From the NCBI GenBank assembly GCA_022843325.1, contig JALHNV010000008.1:5665-69664 (forward strand): a stretch of 64,000 bases of DNA, written 5' to 3'. How positions within the stretch are numbered: the stretch's first letter is position 1; every line of letters begins with the position of its first letter. The notes under the pieces were generated by a model, which made no database searches, was not told the DNA's origin, and saw nothing but the letters and a program-made list of their open reading frames with translations. The position numbers and the translations under genes were made by a program. This stretch comes from Pseudolabrys sp. Lineage in GTDB: Bacteria > Pseudomonadota > Alphaproteobacteria > Rhizobiales > Xanthobacteraceae. Shown here piece by piece: positions 29,090 through 39,300 of this stretch.

Positions 29090-30358
29090 CTACTTCCCCG
29101 CCTTGGCATCGGGCTCATCCGTGCGCCCGGCCACGCGGGTTGTATCGCTGCCCGGCGCCGCGCCCTGTTGCCGGGACCGCACCTCGCCGGTGGTTTCGTC
29201 GAGTGTGACCTCTACCGCCGTCACTTGCTGGCCGGGGCGTGTCATCATCCCGCCTTCAACGACAACACGATCGCCATCCTTGATTCCGGAGGTCGCAAGC
29301 CAGTTATTGCCGACGCTGCGGCCAACCTCCACCACGCGCTGTTCCAGCTTGCCGTCCGCGGCAACGAACATCGCCACCGCCTCGCCCTTGGTGTTGCGCG
29401 TCACCGCGCGCTGCGGCACCAGAAAGCTGTTTTCCGCGACGCCTTCTTCGATCACGGCGCGGACATACATGCCGGGCAGCAGCAGCCGGTCGGGGTTGGG
29501 GAATGAGGCGCGCACGGCGAACGTCCCCGTGCTCTGGCTCACATGAGATTCTCCGAACGACAGCGTGCCGGTGTAATTAAAGACCGTGCCGTTTTCGAGC
29601 TTCAGCTTGACGCTGACGTCAGGGCCGTTGAACTTCAGGCGGCCATCGGCGATCGCCTGACGCCAGGTCAAAAGGCTGGTGGCCGACTGGGTGACATCGA
29701 CATTGATGGGATCGAGCGTGCGGATGGTGGCCAACGCCACCGCCTGACTCGCCGTCACCAGCGCGCCTTCGGTCAACTCCGACTTGTCGATGCGGCCGCT
29801 GATCGGCGCCGTGATCTTGGTATTGGCGAGGTTGATGCGGGCGGTCTCGAGGCTGGCTTTGGCGGACGCCACGTCGGCCCGCGCCTGCGCCAGGGCCGCG
29901 GCGGCGTCGTCGAGCTCCTGCCGCGAGATGGCATTCTGTTTTGAAAGGCCCTGATACCGCTCGGCCCTGGCCTCGGCCGAGGGTATGGCCGACTCGGCCT
30001 TCTGCAGAGCGGCAGCTGCGCTCTCGTATGCGGCCTGATAGCTGGCAGGATCGATCTGGTAAAGCGGATCGCCGGCCGAGACCTCACTGCCTTCCTTGAA
30101 CAGACGCTGCTTGATGATGCCGTTGACCTGCGGCCTCACCTCCGCGACCAGAGACGCCGTCGTGCGCCCCGGCAATTCCGCAGTAATCGCGACGGACCGC
30201 GGCCGAAGCGTAACAACGCTGACCTGCGGCGGCGGCGCGGCGGCGGGCTGCTGCGGGGCTTGCTCCTGTCCGCAGCCGGCCAGCGCCAGCCCCGACAACA
30301 GCACAAGCGCCGCGACGCCAGGGCGGCGCCGCGCGCGAAGCGAAATTTGCGAATGCAA
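29090..30358 (-). CDS. RND periplasmic adaptor (AcrA-like lipoprotein)
   Basis: LAGC lipobox, AEVRPQVNGII, APISGRI, LLPGMYV. Start placed at TTG 30358 (AGGG upstream); GTG 30367 is an alternative, and the track start 30424 would span the operator. Confidence 0.9.
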   Translation of the reverse strand: MHSQISLRARRRPGVAALVLLSGLALAGCGQEQAPQQPAAAPPPQVSVVTLRPRSVAITAELPGRTTASLVAEVRPQVNGIIKQRLFKEGSEVSAGDPLYQIDPASYQAAYESAAAALQKAESAIPSAEARAERYQGLSKQNAISRQELDDAAAALAQARADVASAKASLETARINLANTKITAPISGRIDKSELTEGALVTASQAVALATIRTLDPINVDVTQSATSLLTWRQAIADGRLKFNGPDVSVKLKLENGTVFNYTGTLSFGESHVSQSTGTFAVRASFPNPDRLLLPGMYVRAVIEEGVAENSFLVPQRAVTRNTKGEAVAMFVAADGKLEQRVVEVGRSVGNNWLATSGIKDGDRVVVEGGMMTRPGQQVTAVEVTLDETTGEVRSRQQGAAPGSDTTRVAGRTDEPDAKAGK

Positions 30359-30370
30359 GTGGGCCACCCT

Positions 30371-30399
30371 ATTTACAGTACCTGTCGGTACCAATAAAT
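30371..30399. promoter_or_regulatory. Putative TetR operator in the divergent acrA/tetR region
   Basis: ATTTA-ca-GTACC-tgtc-GGTAC-caa-TAAAT nested inverted repeat. Confidence 0.6.
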
Positions 30400-30538
30400 T
30401 AAGCTGGCGCGGTGTCAACTGCAACGGGCCCGCCGGGGTGCACGAAAAGTTGAAGCAGACGAGGATGAGACAATTTTAAACAAGACTGCAGCAGCGCGCC
30501 CGGTTGCCGCCATCCGTCAGCGCGGCCGCCCAAAAGTT

Positions 30539-31129
30539 ATGCCGGACGCCGATCAACGAGCGCATATCCTTGATTGCGCGACCAAACTTTTTTTGACCAA
30601 AGGGTATGCGCGCACCAAGACAGAGGATGTCGCGGCGCGCTGCCGCATTTCCAAGCAGACCCTATACCGTTTGTTTCCCGGCAAGCACGCCCTGTTCGCG
30701 GCGATTGTCGATCAGCACCGGCAGAGCATGCTGGGTTTACCTGGCGATTATGACGATCTGCCGCTCGACCTCGCGCTCGAGAAAATATTGCGGACAGATA
30801 TCGATCCGGCATCCGACCGGGCGCGAGTCGCCATGCTCCGCATGTTTATCCAGGAGGCGCACCAGTTTCCCGAACTGGAGGACCTTCTGCAGCGCCACGC
30901 CGGCGACAGGGCGCGCGCGGAGTTGGCAACGTGGCTCAACGCCCAGGCCGCGCGCGGGCGCATCAAGATCGACGACGCCCACGCTGTGGCGCGGGCGCTG
31001 CTCGATATGGTATTCGGCGCTGTCTGCTCGAAAACGAGCGGTCGCGTAACCTGGCCAAGTCAGAAAGAGCGCAAGATTCAGATCCAGCGCTGCGTGTCGA
31101 TCTTCCTCAACGGTGTTGTGCCGCGATGA
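30539..31129 (+). CDS. TetR/AcrR-family regulator
   Basis: LFLTKGYARTKTEDVAARCRISKQTLYRLF HTH; divergent from the RND pump. True start may be upstream. Confidence 0.9.
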   Translation: MPDADQRAHILDCATKLFLTKGYARTKTEDVAARCRISKQTLYRLFPGKHALFAAIVDQHRQSMLGLPGDYDDLPLDLALEKILRTDIDPASDRARVAMLRMFIQEAHQFPELEDLLQRHAGDRARAELATWLNAQAARGRIKIDDAHAVARALLDMVFGAVCSKTSGRVTWPSQKERKIQIQRCVSIFLNGVVPR

Positions 31130-31145
31130 TGACAGGTCCGTTCAT

Positions 31146-31445
31146 ATGAAAGCCCTCGGCCGCTTGTGGCGCGGTGAGCTGCCGCTGTCGCAGGCGTTCT
31201 GGAATTGGGCGGTGATCGGCGCCTTTATCGTCAACCTGAGCACGTCGGTACTGTTCCTGGCGCTGCTGATGAACGACTACACGGCCGCCGCCTTTATCGC
31301 CGGATACGCATTTTCGGTGCCCTACAACATCCTCGTCGCCGTCGGCGTCTGGCGCTCGGCCGGTCGCTACAAAGGCGAGCAGCGCTGGGCTAACCTCGCC
31401 CGCATCGTCACGACGGCAGGGATGGTGATCTTGAGTCTGACCTGA
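31146..31445 (+). CDS. Small membrane protein
   Basis: LWRGELPLSQAFW, three hydrophobic segments, VGVWRSA. Confidence 0.7.
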   Translation: MKALGRLWRGELPLSQAFWNWAVIGAFIVNLSTSVLFLALLMNDYTAAAFIAGYAFSVPYNILVAVGVWRSAGRYKGEQRWANLARIVTTAGMVILSLT

Positions 31446-31454
31446 GGCGACCCG

Positions 31455-33248
31455 CTAGAACGCCTCCGCGGGCAGCTCCATCATGCTGGCCGCGCCGGAC
31501 TGGATGCGCGCGAGATGCGCAGCCGTTTCCGGCAACATCCGCTCCATGAAGAAGCGCGCGGTGACGAGCTTGGCGTTGTAGTGCGCCGCCGCACCATTGG
31601 CGTCCGGCAATTTGGTCTGCGCCGCCGCCGCGATCCGGCACCACATGTAACCGAGCGCCACGAGGCCGAACATGTGCATGTAGTCGGTCGCCCCGGCGCC
31701 GGCATTGTCGGGCTTGGCCATGGCGTTCTGCATGAACCACATCGACGCCTGCTGCAGATGGCCGAGCGCGACGCCGAGCGGCGTTACCAGCGGCTTCATT
31801 TTCTCGTCGGCACCCTGCTCCTTGATGTAGACGCCGACTTCGTTGAGGAACGCCATCAATGCCCGGCCGCCGTCCTTGCCGAGCTTGCGGCCGACCAGAT
31901 CGAGCGCCTGGATGCCGTTGGCGCCTTCGTAAATCTGCGCGATGCGGGCGTCGCGCACGAACTGCTCCATGCCGTGCTCGGCAATGTAGCCGTGGCCGCC
32001 GAACACCTGTTGCGCCATCACCGTGTTGGCGAAGCCAGTATCGGTCAGCACGCCTTTGACCACTGGCGTCAGCAGACCCATGGCATCGTCGGCGGTCTGG
32101 CGCTGCTTGGCGTCCTCGGAGCGATGGGCGATATCGCCCTGGAGCGCGGTCCAGATCACCAGCGCACGCGCGGCCTCGTTGAAGGCGCGCATCGTCATCA
32201 GCATGCGCCGCACGTCCGGATGCACGATGATCGGATCGGCCGCCTTGTCGGGGAATTTCACGCCGGAAATAGCGCGGCCCTGCAGCCGCTCCTTGGCGTA
32301 CCGCGCGGCGTTCTGATAGGCGACCTCGGATTGCGCCAGGCCCTGGATGCCGACGCCGAGGCGCGCCTCGTTCATCATCGTGAACATCGCCGGCAGTCCG
32401 CGGTTTTCCTCGCCGACCAGCCAGCCGACTGCGCCATCGTAATTCATCACGCAGGTGGCGTTGCCGTGAATGCCCATCTTCTCTTCGAGCGAGCCGCAGC
32501 TGACGCCATTGCGCGCGCCGGGCGTGCCGTCGTCGCCGACCATGAATTTCGGCACCACGAACAGCGAGATGCCTTTGGTGCCGGTCGGCGCGCCCTCGAT
32601 CCGCGCCAGCACCAGATGAATGATGTTGTGCGCCAGATCGTGCTCGCCGGCGGAGATGAAGATCTTGGTGCCGCTGATTTTGTAGCTGCCGTCGGCCTGT
32701 TTCACCGCCTTGGCGCGCAGCAGGCCGAGGTCGGTGCCGCAATGCGGCTCGGTCAGGTTCATGGTGCCCGTCCACTCGCCGGTCACCATCTTGGGCAGAT
32801 ATTTTTGTTTAAGCTCGGGCGCGGCATGGGCCAGCAGCGCGGCGATGGCGCCTTGCGTGAGGCCCGGATACATGGCGAAGGCCATGTTGGCGGAGCAGAG
32901 ATATTCGTTGACGATCGCCGTCATGGTCGCCGGCAGGCCCTGACCGCCGAACTCCTCCGGCACCGAGATGCCGATCCAGCCGCCATCGACCAGTTGCTTG
33001 TAAGCGTCCTTAAATCCGGCCGGCGTGGTGACGCTGCCGTCGCTGGCGCGGGTGCAACCCTCGGTGTCGCCGATGCGGTTGAGCGGCGCGATCACCTGCT
33101 CGCTGTACTTGCCCGCCTCGCGCAGCACCGCCTCGATCACGTCCGGCGAGGCGTCGGCAAAGCCTGGCAGATTGCCGTAACGGTCAATATGAAAAACATC
33201 GTTGAGCAGAAACAGCGCCTCGTCCACGGGCGCTTTGTAGATCGGCAT
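31455..33248 (-). CDS. Long acyl-CoA dehydrogenase with C-terminal extension (DmdC/FadE-like)
   Basis: GTMNLTEPHCGTDL, GTKIFIS, EEKMGIHG, IYEGANGIQALDLVGRK. Confidence 0.93.
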   Translation of the reverse strand: MPIYKAPVDEALFLLNDVFHIDRYGNLPGFADASPDVIEAVLREAGKYSEQVIAPLNRIGDTEGCTRASDGSVTTPAGFKDAYKQLVDGGWIGISVPEEFGGQGLPATMTAIVNEYLCSANMAFAMYPGLTQGAIAALLAHAAPELKQKYLPKMVTGEWTGTMNLTEPHCGTDLGLLRAKAVKQADGSYKISGTKIFISAGEHDLAHNIIHLVLARIEGAPTGTKGISLFVVPKFMVGDDGTPGARNGVSCGSLEEKMGIHGNATCVMNYDGAVGWLVGEENRGLPAMFTMMNEARLGVGIQGLAQSEVAYQNAARYAKERLQGRAISGVKFPDKAADPIIVHPDVRRMLMTMRAFNEAARALVIWTALQGDIAHRSEDAKQRQTADDAMGLLTPVVKGVLTDTGFANTVMAQQVFGGHGYIAEHGMEQFVRDARIAQIYEGANGIQALDLVGRKLGKDGGRALMAFLNEVGVYIKEQGADEKMKPLVTPLGVALGHLQQASMWFMQNAMAKPDNAGAGATDYMHMFGLVALGYMWCRIAAAAQTKLPDANGAAAHYNAKLVTARFFMERMLPETAAHLARIQSGAASMMELPAEAF

Positions 33249-33663
33249 GGCGATTCCCCCCGGCGGCAGCCCCCCGATGCACCCGGCACCGGCATCGGGA
33301 TACAGTATGACCGACCCGGTTTACGCCTGTGTTAAAGCCGCAGACCGCTGAAGCCGCCGCGTCCCGGGGTGTTTGCCGCCGTTTAGCAGGCGTTTCGCGC
33401 CGTTTCCGGAGCGACGAACCTGTGCGTGCAAATCTGCCGCAGGCCGGCCAGCGCCAGTTTCAGAACGTTCGCTGCCGTTCCAGGAGTGCGGGCTGTTCGA
33501 CGCATTTCCGTCGGGGGACCGGCAGCATGCTGGCGCGGTTGCGAGCGCGCGCCAGCATGTCGGGGTGACGTCAGCGTCCCGGCCCCAATCGGGCACGACG
33601 GCGTCCGGTAAGGGCCCGCCGCTGATGCAAATTCTCGGGGAAAGTCCGGCACTTCGCCGGAAG

Positions 33664-33679
33664 TTAACCGCTTGTTTAC
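33664..33679 (+). promoter_or_regulatory. CtrA-binding site upstream of podJ
   Basis: TTAA-ccgcttg-TTTAC, one mismatch to TTAA-N7-TTAAC. Confidence 0.6.
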
Positions 33680-33806
33680 CGCGACCGGCAAAAAGTCAGG
33701 GGGTGGACTGAGGACCGAGCTCGCATTTACCCGCCCTTAACGCGCGCCGGTTCCACGAGAGTCATGCTGGCTCTTTGCGTCTCCACCTCGAATGCAGGTG
33801 CGAGCT

Positions 33807-36800
33807 ATGAAATTTGGCGTTCCGTGGAGTGTTAAAGGCATCCGGCCGGAAGCCCGCGAGACCGCTCGCGAGGCCGCGCGGCGGTCCGGCATGTCATTGG
33901 GCGAATGGCTCAATGCCACGATCCTGCACCAGGCGGCACAGGACGATGATGATTCGCCCGACCACGGCTACGATGACGAGGATGAGGGTGAGATCGCGGC
34001 CGTGCATCAGCGGCTCGACGAACTCACCAAGCGTATCGAGAAATTCGGCCGGACCGGCCCTGCCGTCCACGTGCAAAAGCGCAGCCGCCGCGAATCGCAG
34101 GACAGCCGGAACCACGCCGAGAGTCAGAGCCAGAATCAGATTGCCGAACTGATCGCCCGGCTCGACCGCCGGCTCGAGCAGGTGGTGAACAATGCCACCC
34201 CGGTCGCACCGCCGCTGGTGCCGGCGATGCCCCCGCAGGCCTACGTCGCGCAATACGCGCCCGCCCCTGTCATTCCGCCGCCGCTGCCGTATGTGCCGCC
34301 GCAGGTTCAGGCCCTGCAGCCCGCACCGCAAGCGCCGCCGCACCCGCTTCGATCCCCGCAGGCCTATGCGCCGCGCGCTTATGCGCCGCCGCCGCCTTTA
34401 CCGTCTTATGCGCCGCCGAAGGCGCCCACCGTGGCAATGCCACCCTCGCTCGAGCGGGCGATCGCTGAAATTGCCGCGCGCCAGCGCACCCTGAACGATC
34501 AGGGCAAGCCGGCGCGCCCCATGACGCAGGCCCGGATGCCGGAGCCGGAGCCCGCGCTCGAGATGCCGCAGCCCGCGATGGCCGCCGCGCCGGTGCCGCC
34601 CTCGCCCGTATTCGCCCCGGTGCCGACCCAGGACCTGTCCGGGCTCGAAGACCAGTTGCGCAAGATCACCAACCAGATCGAGACCCTGCGCCGTCCTGGC
34701 GTCGAGGAAGCCATCAACGCGCTGCGCGCCGAACTCGGCGAGATCGGCAATGCGCTGACCGAGGCGATGCCGCGGCACGTTATCGACACCATCGAAAACC
34801 AGATCGCCGGATTGTCGCAGCGCATCGCCGAAGGCCGCCAGGCCGGCGTCGATGCCGGCGCCCTGTCGGGCATTGAACTGGGCCTCGCCGAAGTGCGCGA
34901 TGCCTTGCGCGGCCTGACGCCGGCCGAAAATCTTGTCGGCTTCAACGAGGCGGTCAATGCGCTGGCGCACAAGATCGACCTGATCGTCGCCCAGAAGGAT
35001 CCGGCGACGCTTCAGCAGCTCGAACACGCCATCACCACGCTGCGCGAAATGGCCGGCAATGTCGCTTCCGATGCCGCGGTGAACGGCATCGCCGCGCAGG
35101 TGCAGATGCTGGCCGAGCGGGTCGAGCAGATTGCCGCCGCAAGCGGCGCCAGCGATGCGCTCAACAGCCTGGAACACCGGATCTCGGCGCTGGCCGACGC
35201 GCTGGAACAGCGTGCCCGCAGCGGCGATACCGTACCGCCGATGCTGGAAGCGCTGGTCGGCTCGTTGTCCGACAAGATCGAGTTGATTCAGCAGTCGCGC
35301 GGCGGCGACAATGTCGCCTTCGATCATCTCGAAGACCGCATCGTCAAGCTGGTCGAGCGGCTCGACGCCTCGGATTCCCGCCTCGGTCACCTCGAGGCGA
35401 TCGAGCGCGGTCTGGCCGACCTTCTGGTGCACATGCAGGAGATGCGCGCCAACAAGGAGCCCAGCGGACTGCGCGCGGAAAATTCAGGCGTCGTCGAACT
35501 CAAGCACGACATCGCCCGCACGCACGATGTGCTCGACGCGTTGCGCGGCACGCTCGGCCATGTGGTCGATCGTCTCGGCTCGATCGAGAAAGATATCCGC
35601 GGCGATGGCCGCGCCCGCCAGGCCTTCGACGACGAGGACGGCAGCATCAGGATGCCGGTCGGCAAGGTTGCCGCGCGCGTGGTCCAGGAGGCGCCGCCGG
35701 AACCCGCGCCGCGGCCGACCGTGCAGGCCTACACCCAGGCTCAGACCCAGGCACTGGCGCAGGCCGCACAGGCGCTGGCCCAAGCCCAGTACCAACCGGC
35801 GCCGCCCCAACAGGCCGCTCCGCCGCCGCCACCCGCACCGCAAGCGCCACCGCAGCCGCATCAGCCGGCTCAGCGGCGGCTGCCGCCCGCCGGCCGGATG
35901 CCCCTCAATCCGGATCTGCCACCCGATCAGCCGCTTGAACCGGGCTCGGGCCCGCCGCAAGTGCGCGTTAACCCGGCCGCACGGATCGCCGACTCCGAAG
36001 CCGCTCTCGGTGGCACCGGACCGCAAGGGTCCGACGCGACGGCCAGCAAGTCCGGCTTCATTGCCGCTGCCCGCCGCGCCGCCAAGGCGGCGGTGGAAAC
36101 GGCGCCGGCGGCCCGCGCCGCCCGCATCGAACCCGCCGAACTTATCGACATCGACGCCTATGAGGATGCCGCGAGCCCGTCGCTGCGCGGCCGCATCACC
36201 AAGCGCGTCAAGTCGCTGTTTATCGCCGCCAGCATCGTCGCCGTGGTCGTCGGATCGGTCCATATCGCCGGAAACATCATCGGCTTCGGCAACTCCGGGA
36301 AAACTGGCGTCGAGACCGCCAGCGCGCCGGCATCCGAACCTGACTCGACGGACGCCGCCGAGACCGCAGCCGAGCCAGCGAAAGCGGACGCCGCCAATCG
36401 AGGCACCAGCACGCCCGATCCCGCAAGGCCCGACCCGTCATGGGCCAACAGCCTGCTTCAGCCGCCGCCGGCACCCGGCGCGACGCCAACGGCCGCGGGT
36501 GTCGCGCAGACGCCACCCGCCGCCACCCCAAGGCCGATACAGGCCTATCCGTCGCTCCTGAGCCCACCGGCACTCAACACGCCGCCGCAGACCGCAGCCG
36601 CCGACGTCACCGGCTCGATCGGTCAACCGTCCACCACCGCTGCGCGGCCCGCCAGCCCGGTTGCGGCTGACCTGCCGTCAGCCCGGCCGTCGGCCGGCAC
36701 CCTGACGGCCGCCATTGGCGGGCCTCGCCTGCGCAGCGCCGCTGCCGCCGGCGATGCCGCCGCCGCCCACGAAGTCGCCGTCCGCTTCGCGGAAGGCCGC

Positions 36801-37421
36801 GGCGTCCCGGTAAGCCTGCAGGAAGCGGCGTTCTGGTTTGAGCGCGCGTCCAGCAAGGGGCTGGCGCCGGCGCAATTCCGCTACGCCAGCATGCTGGAAA
36901 AGGGCCAGGGCGTGAAAAAGGACCTGGCCCATGCGCGGCGGCTGTATGTCGCCGCTGCCGGCAATGGCAACGCCAAGGCGATGCATAACCTGGCGGTGCT
37001 TTATGCCGAGGGCATAGAGGGCAAGCCCGACTACCGCACCGCAGCCCAGTGGTTCCGCAAGGCAGCACTGCGCGGGGTCGCCGACAGTCAGTTCAATCTC
37101 GGTGTGCTCGCGGCGCGCGGGCTCGGCACCGAGAAAAATCTGCTCGACGCCTACAAGTGGTTTGCACTGGCCGCCAACCAAGGCGACCGCGAAGCGGTCA
37201 AGAAGCGCGACGAACTCGCCGTCCACCTGGATGCGACCACGCTGGCCGCTGCCGCTCAGGACGTCAAAGCGTTCGTCGCCGAGCCGCAGCCGCCGGAAGC
37301 CACCACCGTTTCGGAACCGAAAGGCGGTTGGGACAATGCCACCGCGACGCCCGCGACACAAAACAGGCCGCGACCGGGGATGCCCATGGCGCTCGGCGCA
37401 CTCGAGACGAAGAAGAAATGA
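33807..37421 (+). CDS. podJ: Polar localisation factor PodJ-like (coiled coil, Pro-rich linker, TM, SEL1 repeats)
   Basis: N-terminal PWSVKGIRPEARETAREAARRSGMSLGEWLN, TM around FIAASIVAVVV, C-terminal Sel1 repeats (AMHNLAVLYAEG, SQFNLGVL). Confidence 0.85.
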   Translation: MKFGVPWSVKGIRPEARETAREAARRSGMSLGEWLNATILHQAAQDDDDSPDHGYDDEDEGEIAAVHQRLDELTKRIEKFGRTGPAVHVQKRSRRESQDSRNHAESQSQNQIAELIARLDRRLEQVVNNATPVAPPLVPAMPPQAYVAQYAPAPVIPPPLPYVPPQVQALQPAPQAPPHPLRSPQAYAPRAYAPPPPLPSYAPPKAPTVAMPPSLERAIAEIAARQRTLNDQGKPARPMTQARMPEPEPALEMPQPAMAAAPVPPSPVFAPVPTQDLSGLEDQLRKITNQIETLRRPGVEEAINALRAELGEIGNALTEAMPRHVIDTIENQIAGLSQRIAEGRQAGVDAGALSGIELGLAEVRDALRGLTPAENLVGFNEAVNALAHKIDLIVAQKDPATLQQLEHAITTLREMAGNVASDAAVNGIAAQVQMLAERVEQIAAASGASDALNSLEHRISALADALEQRARSGDTVPPMLEALVGSLSDKIELIQQSRGGDNVAFDHLEDRIVKLVERLDASDSRLGHLEAIERGLADLLVHMQEMRANKEPSGLRAENSGVVELKHDIARTHDVLDALRGTLGHVVDRLGSIEKDIRGDGRARQAFDDEDGSIRMPVGKVAARVVQEAPPEPAPRPTVQAYTQAQTQALAQAAQALAQAQYQPAPPQQAAPPPPPAPQAPPQPHQPAQRRLPPAGRMPLNPDLPPDQPLEPGSGPPQVRVNPAARIADSEAALGGTGPQGSDATASKSGFIAAARRAAKAAVETAPAARAARIEPAELIDIDAYEDAASPSLRGRITKRVKSLFIAASIVAVVVGSVHIAGNIIGFGNSGKTGVETASAPASEPDSTDAAETAAEPAKADAANRGTSTPDPARPDPSWANSLLQPPPAPGATPTAAGVAQTPPAATPRPIQAYPSLLSPPALNTPPQTAAADVTGSIGQPSTTAARPASPVAADLPSARPSAGTLTAAIGGPRLRSAAAAGDAAAAHEVAVRFAEGRGVPVSLQEAAFWFERASSKGLAPAQFRYASMLEKGQGVKKDLAHARRLYVAAAGNGNAKAMHNLAVLYAEGIEGKPDYRTAAQWFRKAALRGVADSQFNLGVLAARGLGTEKNLLDAYKWFALAANQGDREAVKKRDELAVHLDATTLAAAAQDVKAFVAEPQPPEATTVSEPKGGWDNATATPATQNRPRPGMPMALGALETKKK

Positions 37422-37600
37422 TCCCGCGCCGTAAAATGCGCAAAGTCACCCAGTATCTCTTTGACCGGTATCGATTGAACTCGTATCTGAAAGTCTCGCG
37501 CGCGACGGTTTAGCCGAGTTGCGGCCGTTCGGCCCGCGGACAAGAAACAGCCGAGGCCTTTCCAGCCCGAGGCCAAGATTCGAACGCCGGACGCCGCCGC

Positions 37601-38524
37601 TTGCAGTTTTACCTTCCGATCGCCGACATGCCCGTCAACATCTTTCTGGTGCTGGCGATGGGCGTTGCGGTCGGGTTCATCTCCGGCATGTTCGGCATTG
37701 GCGGCGGTTTCCTGATGACGCCGCTGCTGATCTTCGTCGGCATCCCGCCGGCGGTGGCGGTGGCCAGCGTCGCCAGCCACATTGCCGCCTCCTCGTTCAG
37801 CGGCGCCATCAGTTACTGGCGCAAGCGCGCGCTCGATATGCCGCTGGCATTAACGTTGCTCAGCGCCGGCATTATCGGTACCGCCAGCGGCGTCTGGCTG
37901 TTCACGATGCTGCGCTCGCTCGATCAGCTCGATCTGATGATCGGCCTGTCTTACGTCACGCTGCTCACGATCGTCGGCGGCATGATGATCAACGAGAGCG
38001 TGCGGGCAGAATTGCGCACCCGCAAGGGACAGCCGGCGACGCTGCGGCGGCCCGGCAGCCACACCTGGCTGCACGGCCTGCCGTTCAAGATGCGGTTCAA
38101 ACGCTCCAAGATCTACGTATCGGCGATTCCGGTCCTGGCGATCGGCTTCATCATCGGCTTCATCGGCGCCATCATGGGCATCGGCGGCGGCTTCATCCTG
38201 GTACCGATGCTGATCTATTTCCTGCGCGTACCGACCGCCACCGTCATCGGCACCTCGATGGTGCTGACGCTGGTCACCATGGCGTCGGCCACCGTCATGC
38301 ACGCCGTCACCAACCATCTGGTCGATGCCGTCCTGGCGCTGATCCTGATGATCGGCGGCGTGATCGGCGCGCAATTCGGCGCCCGCACCGGCCAGAAAAT
38401 GCGTGGCGAGCGGCTGCGCCTGCTGCTCGGCCTGCTGGTGTTCTCGGTCGGTCTGCGCTTTGCGTGGCAACTGGTGGTGCAACCGGACGATCTTTACTCA
38501 CTGCGTCTGGTGGGGGCCGTATGA
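37601..38524 (+). CDS. TauE/SafE sulfite-exporter-family permease
   Basis: GMFGIGGGFLMTP and GIGGGFILVP repeats; TTG start. Confidence 0.9.
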   Translation: MQFYLPIADMPVNIFLVLAMGVAVGFISGMFGIGGGFLMTPLLIFVGIPPAVAVASVASHIAASSFSGAISYWRKRALDMPLALTLLSAGIIGTASGVWLFTMLRSLDQLDLMIGLSYVTLLTIVGGMMINESVRAELRTRKGQPATLRRPGSHTWLHGLPFKMRFKRSKIYVSAIPVLAIGFIIGFIGAIMGIGGGFILVPMLIYFLRVPTATVIGTSMVLTLVTMASATVMHAVTNHLVDAVLALILMIGGVIGAQFGARTGQKMRGERLRLLLGLLVFSVGLRFAWQLVVQPDDLYSLRLVGAV

Positions 38525-39300
38525 TGCGCCGCATCGCCGCCGCTATCGCATTCGTACTGACGGCGTGCGCCGCCGCGCCTGCCGCCGCCGAGCGGCTGGT
38601 GGTGTCGCTGTCCAACCACCGGGTGGCGATCACCTCGAACTTCGACGGCGAGAATCTGGTTCTGTTCGGCACCATCGAGCCGACCGACAGCAAGACCACA
38701 CTGCGTCAGAGCTACGATCTGGTGGTCACCGTGACAGGGCCGCGACATACGTTGCGCACCCGGCGCAAGGAACGCGTGCTCGGCATCTGGGTCAACGTCG
38801 ATGCGCGCGAATTTGTCCGGGTGCCGTCCTATCTGGCGGTGCTGAGCAACCGTCCGGTCGCCGAAATTGCGCCGCCGGATATACTCCGCGTCAACCAGGT
38901 CGGAATCGATAATTTCCTGCTGCCGCAGCGCATCGGACCGGATGTCGCCGATACCGTGCCGGACGATCCCTACCGCGTTGCCTTTGTCCGGCTGTCCAGC
39001 CAGCAGGGGCTGTACCGGGAATCCGGCGCCGGCGTAACGTTCCTGACACCGACGGTTTTCCGCGCCGCCGTTCCGCTGCCCGCGGTCGTTCCGACCGGCG
39101 CCTACGCCATCGACGTCAAGCTCTTCGCCGACGGCGCACTGGTTGCGCGCACCAGCTCGGCGCTGGAGGTTGTAAAAGCCGGTTTCGAGCAATTCATTGC
39201 CGAGGCCGCGCGCGAGTACGGCTTCCTCTACGGTCTCGCCACCGCGTTGATGGCGCTCCTCACCGGCTGGCTGGCCAGCGTGATATTCCGGCGCGACTAG
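38521..39300 (+). CDS. TIGR02186-family membrane-anchored protein
   Basis: ATGA overlap with tauE; signal peptide, ITSNFDGENLVLFG, RKERVLGIWVN, C-terminal TM. Lies in the frame of the 37519-39300 track ORF. Confidence 0.85.
   Translation: MMRRIAAAIAFVLTACAAAPAAAERLVVSLSNHRVAITSNFDGENLVLFGTIEPTDSKTTLRQSYDLVVTVTGPRHTLRTRRKERVLGIWVNVDAREFVRVPSYLAVLSNRPVAEIAPPDILRVNQVGIDNFLLPQRIGPDVADTVPDDPYRVAFVRLSSQQGLYRESGAGVTFLTPTVFRAAVPLPAVVPTGAYAIDVKLFADGALVARTSSALEVVKAGFEQFIAEAAREYGFLYGLATALMALLTGWLASVIFRRD

Noticed and set aside
30475-30481. TTTAAAC programmed -1 frameshift feeding the TetR frame
   Set aside because: The heptamer is phased so that slippage would leave, not enter, the TetR frame.
31515-33335. 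606-aa plus-strand ORF, and similar long antisense ORFs (e.g. 44273-45826, 53426-55621, 18735-19940)
   Set aside because: Mirror frames of well-supported genes in high-GC DNA; no recognisable motifs.
34190-36700. Pro/Ala/Gln-rich repeats as a separate repeat element
   Set aside because: Low-complexity linker coding sequence within podJ.
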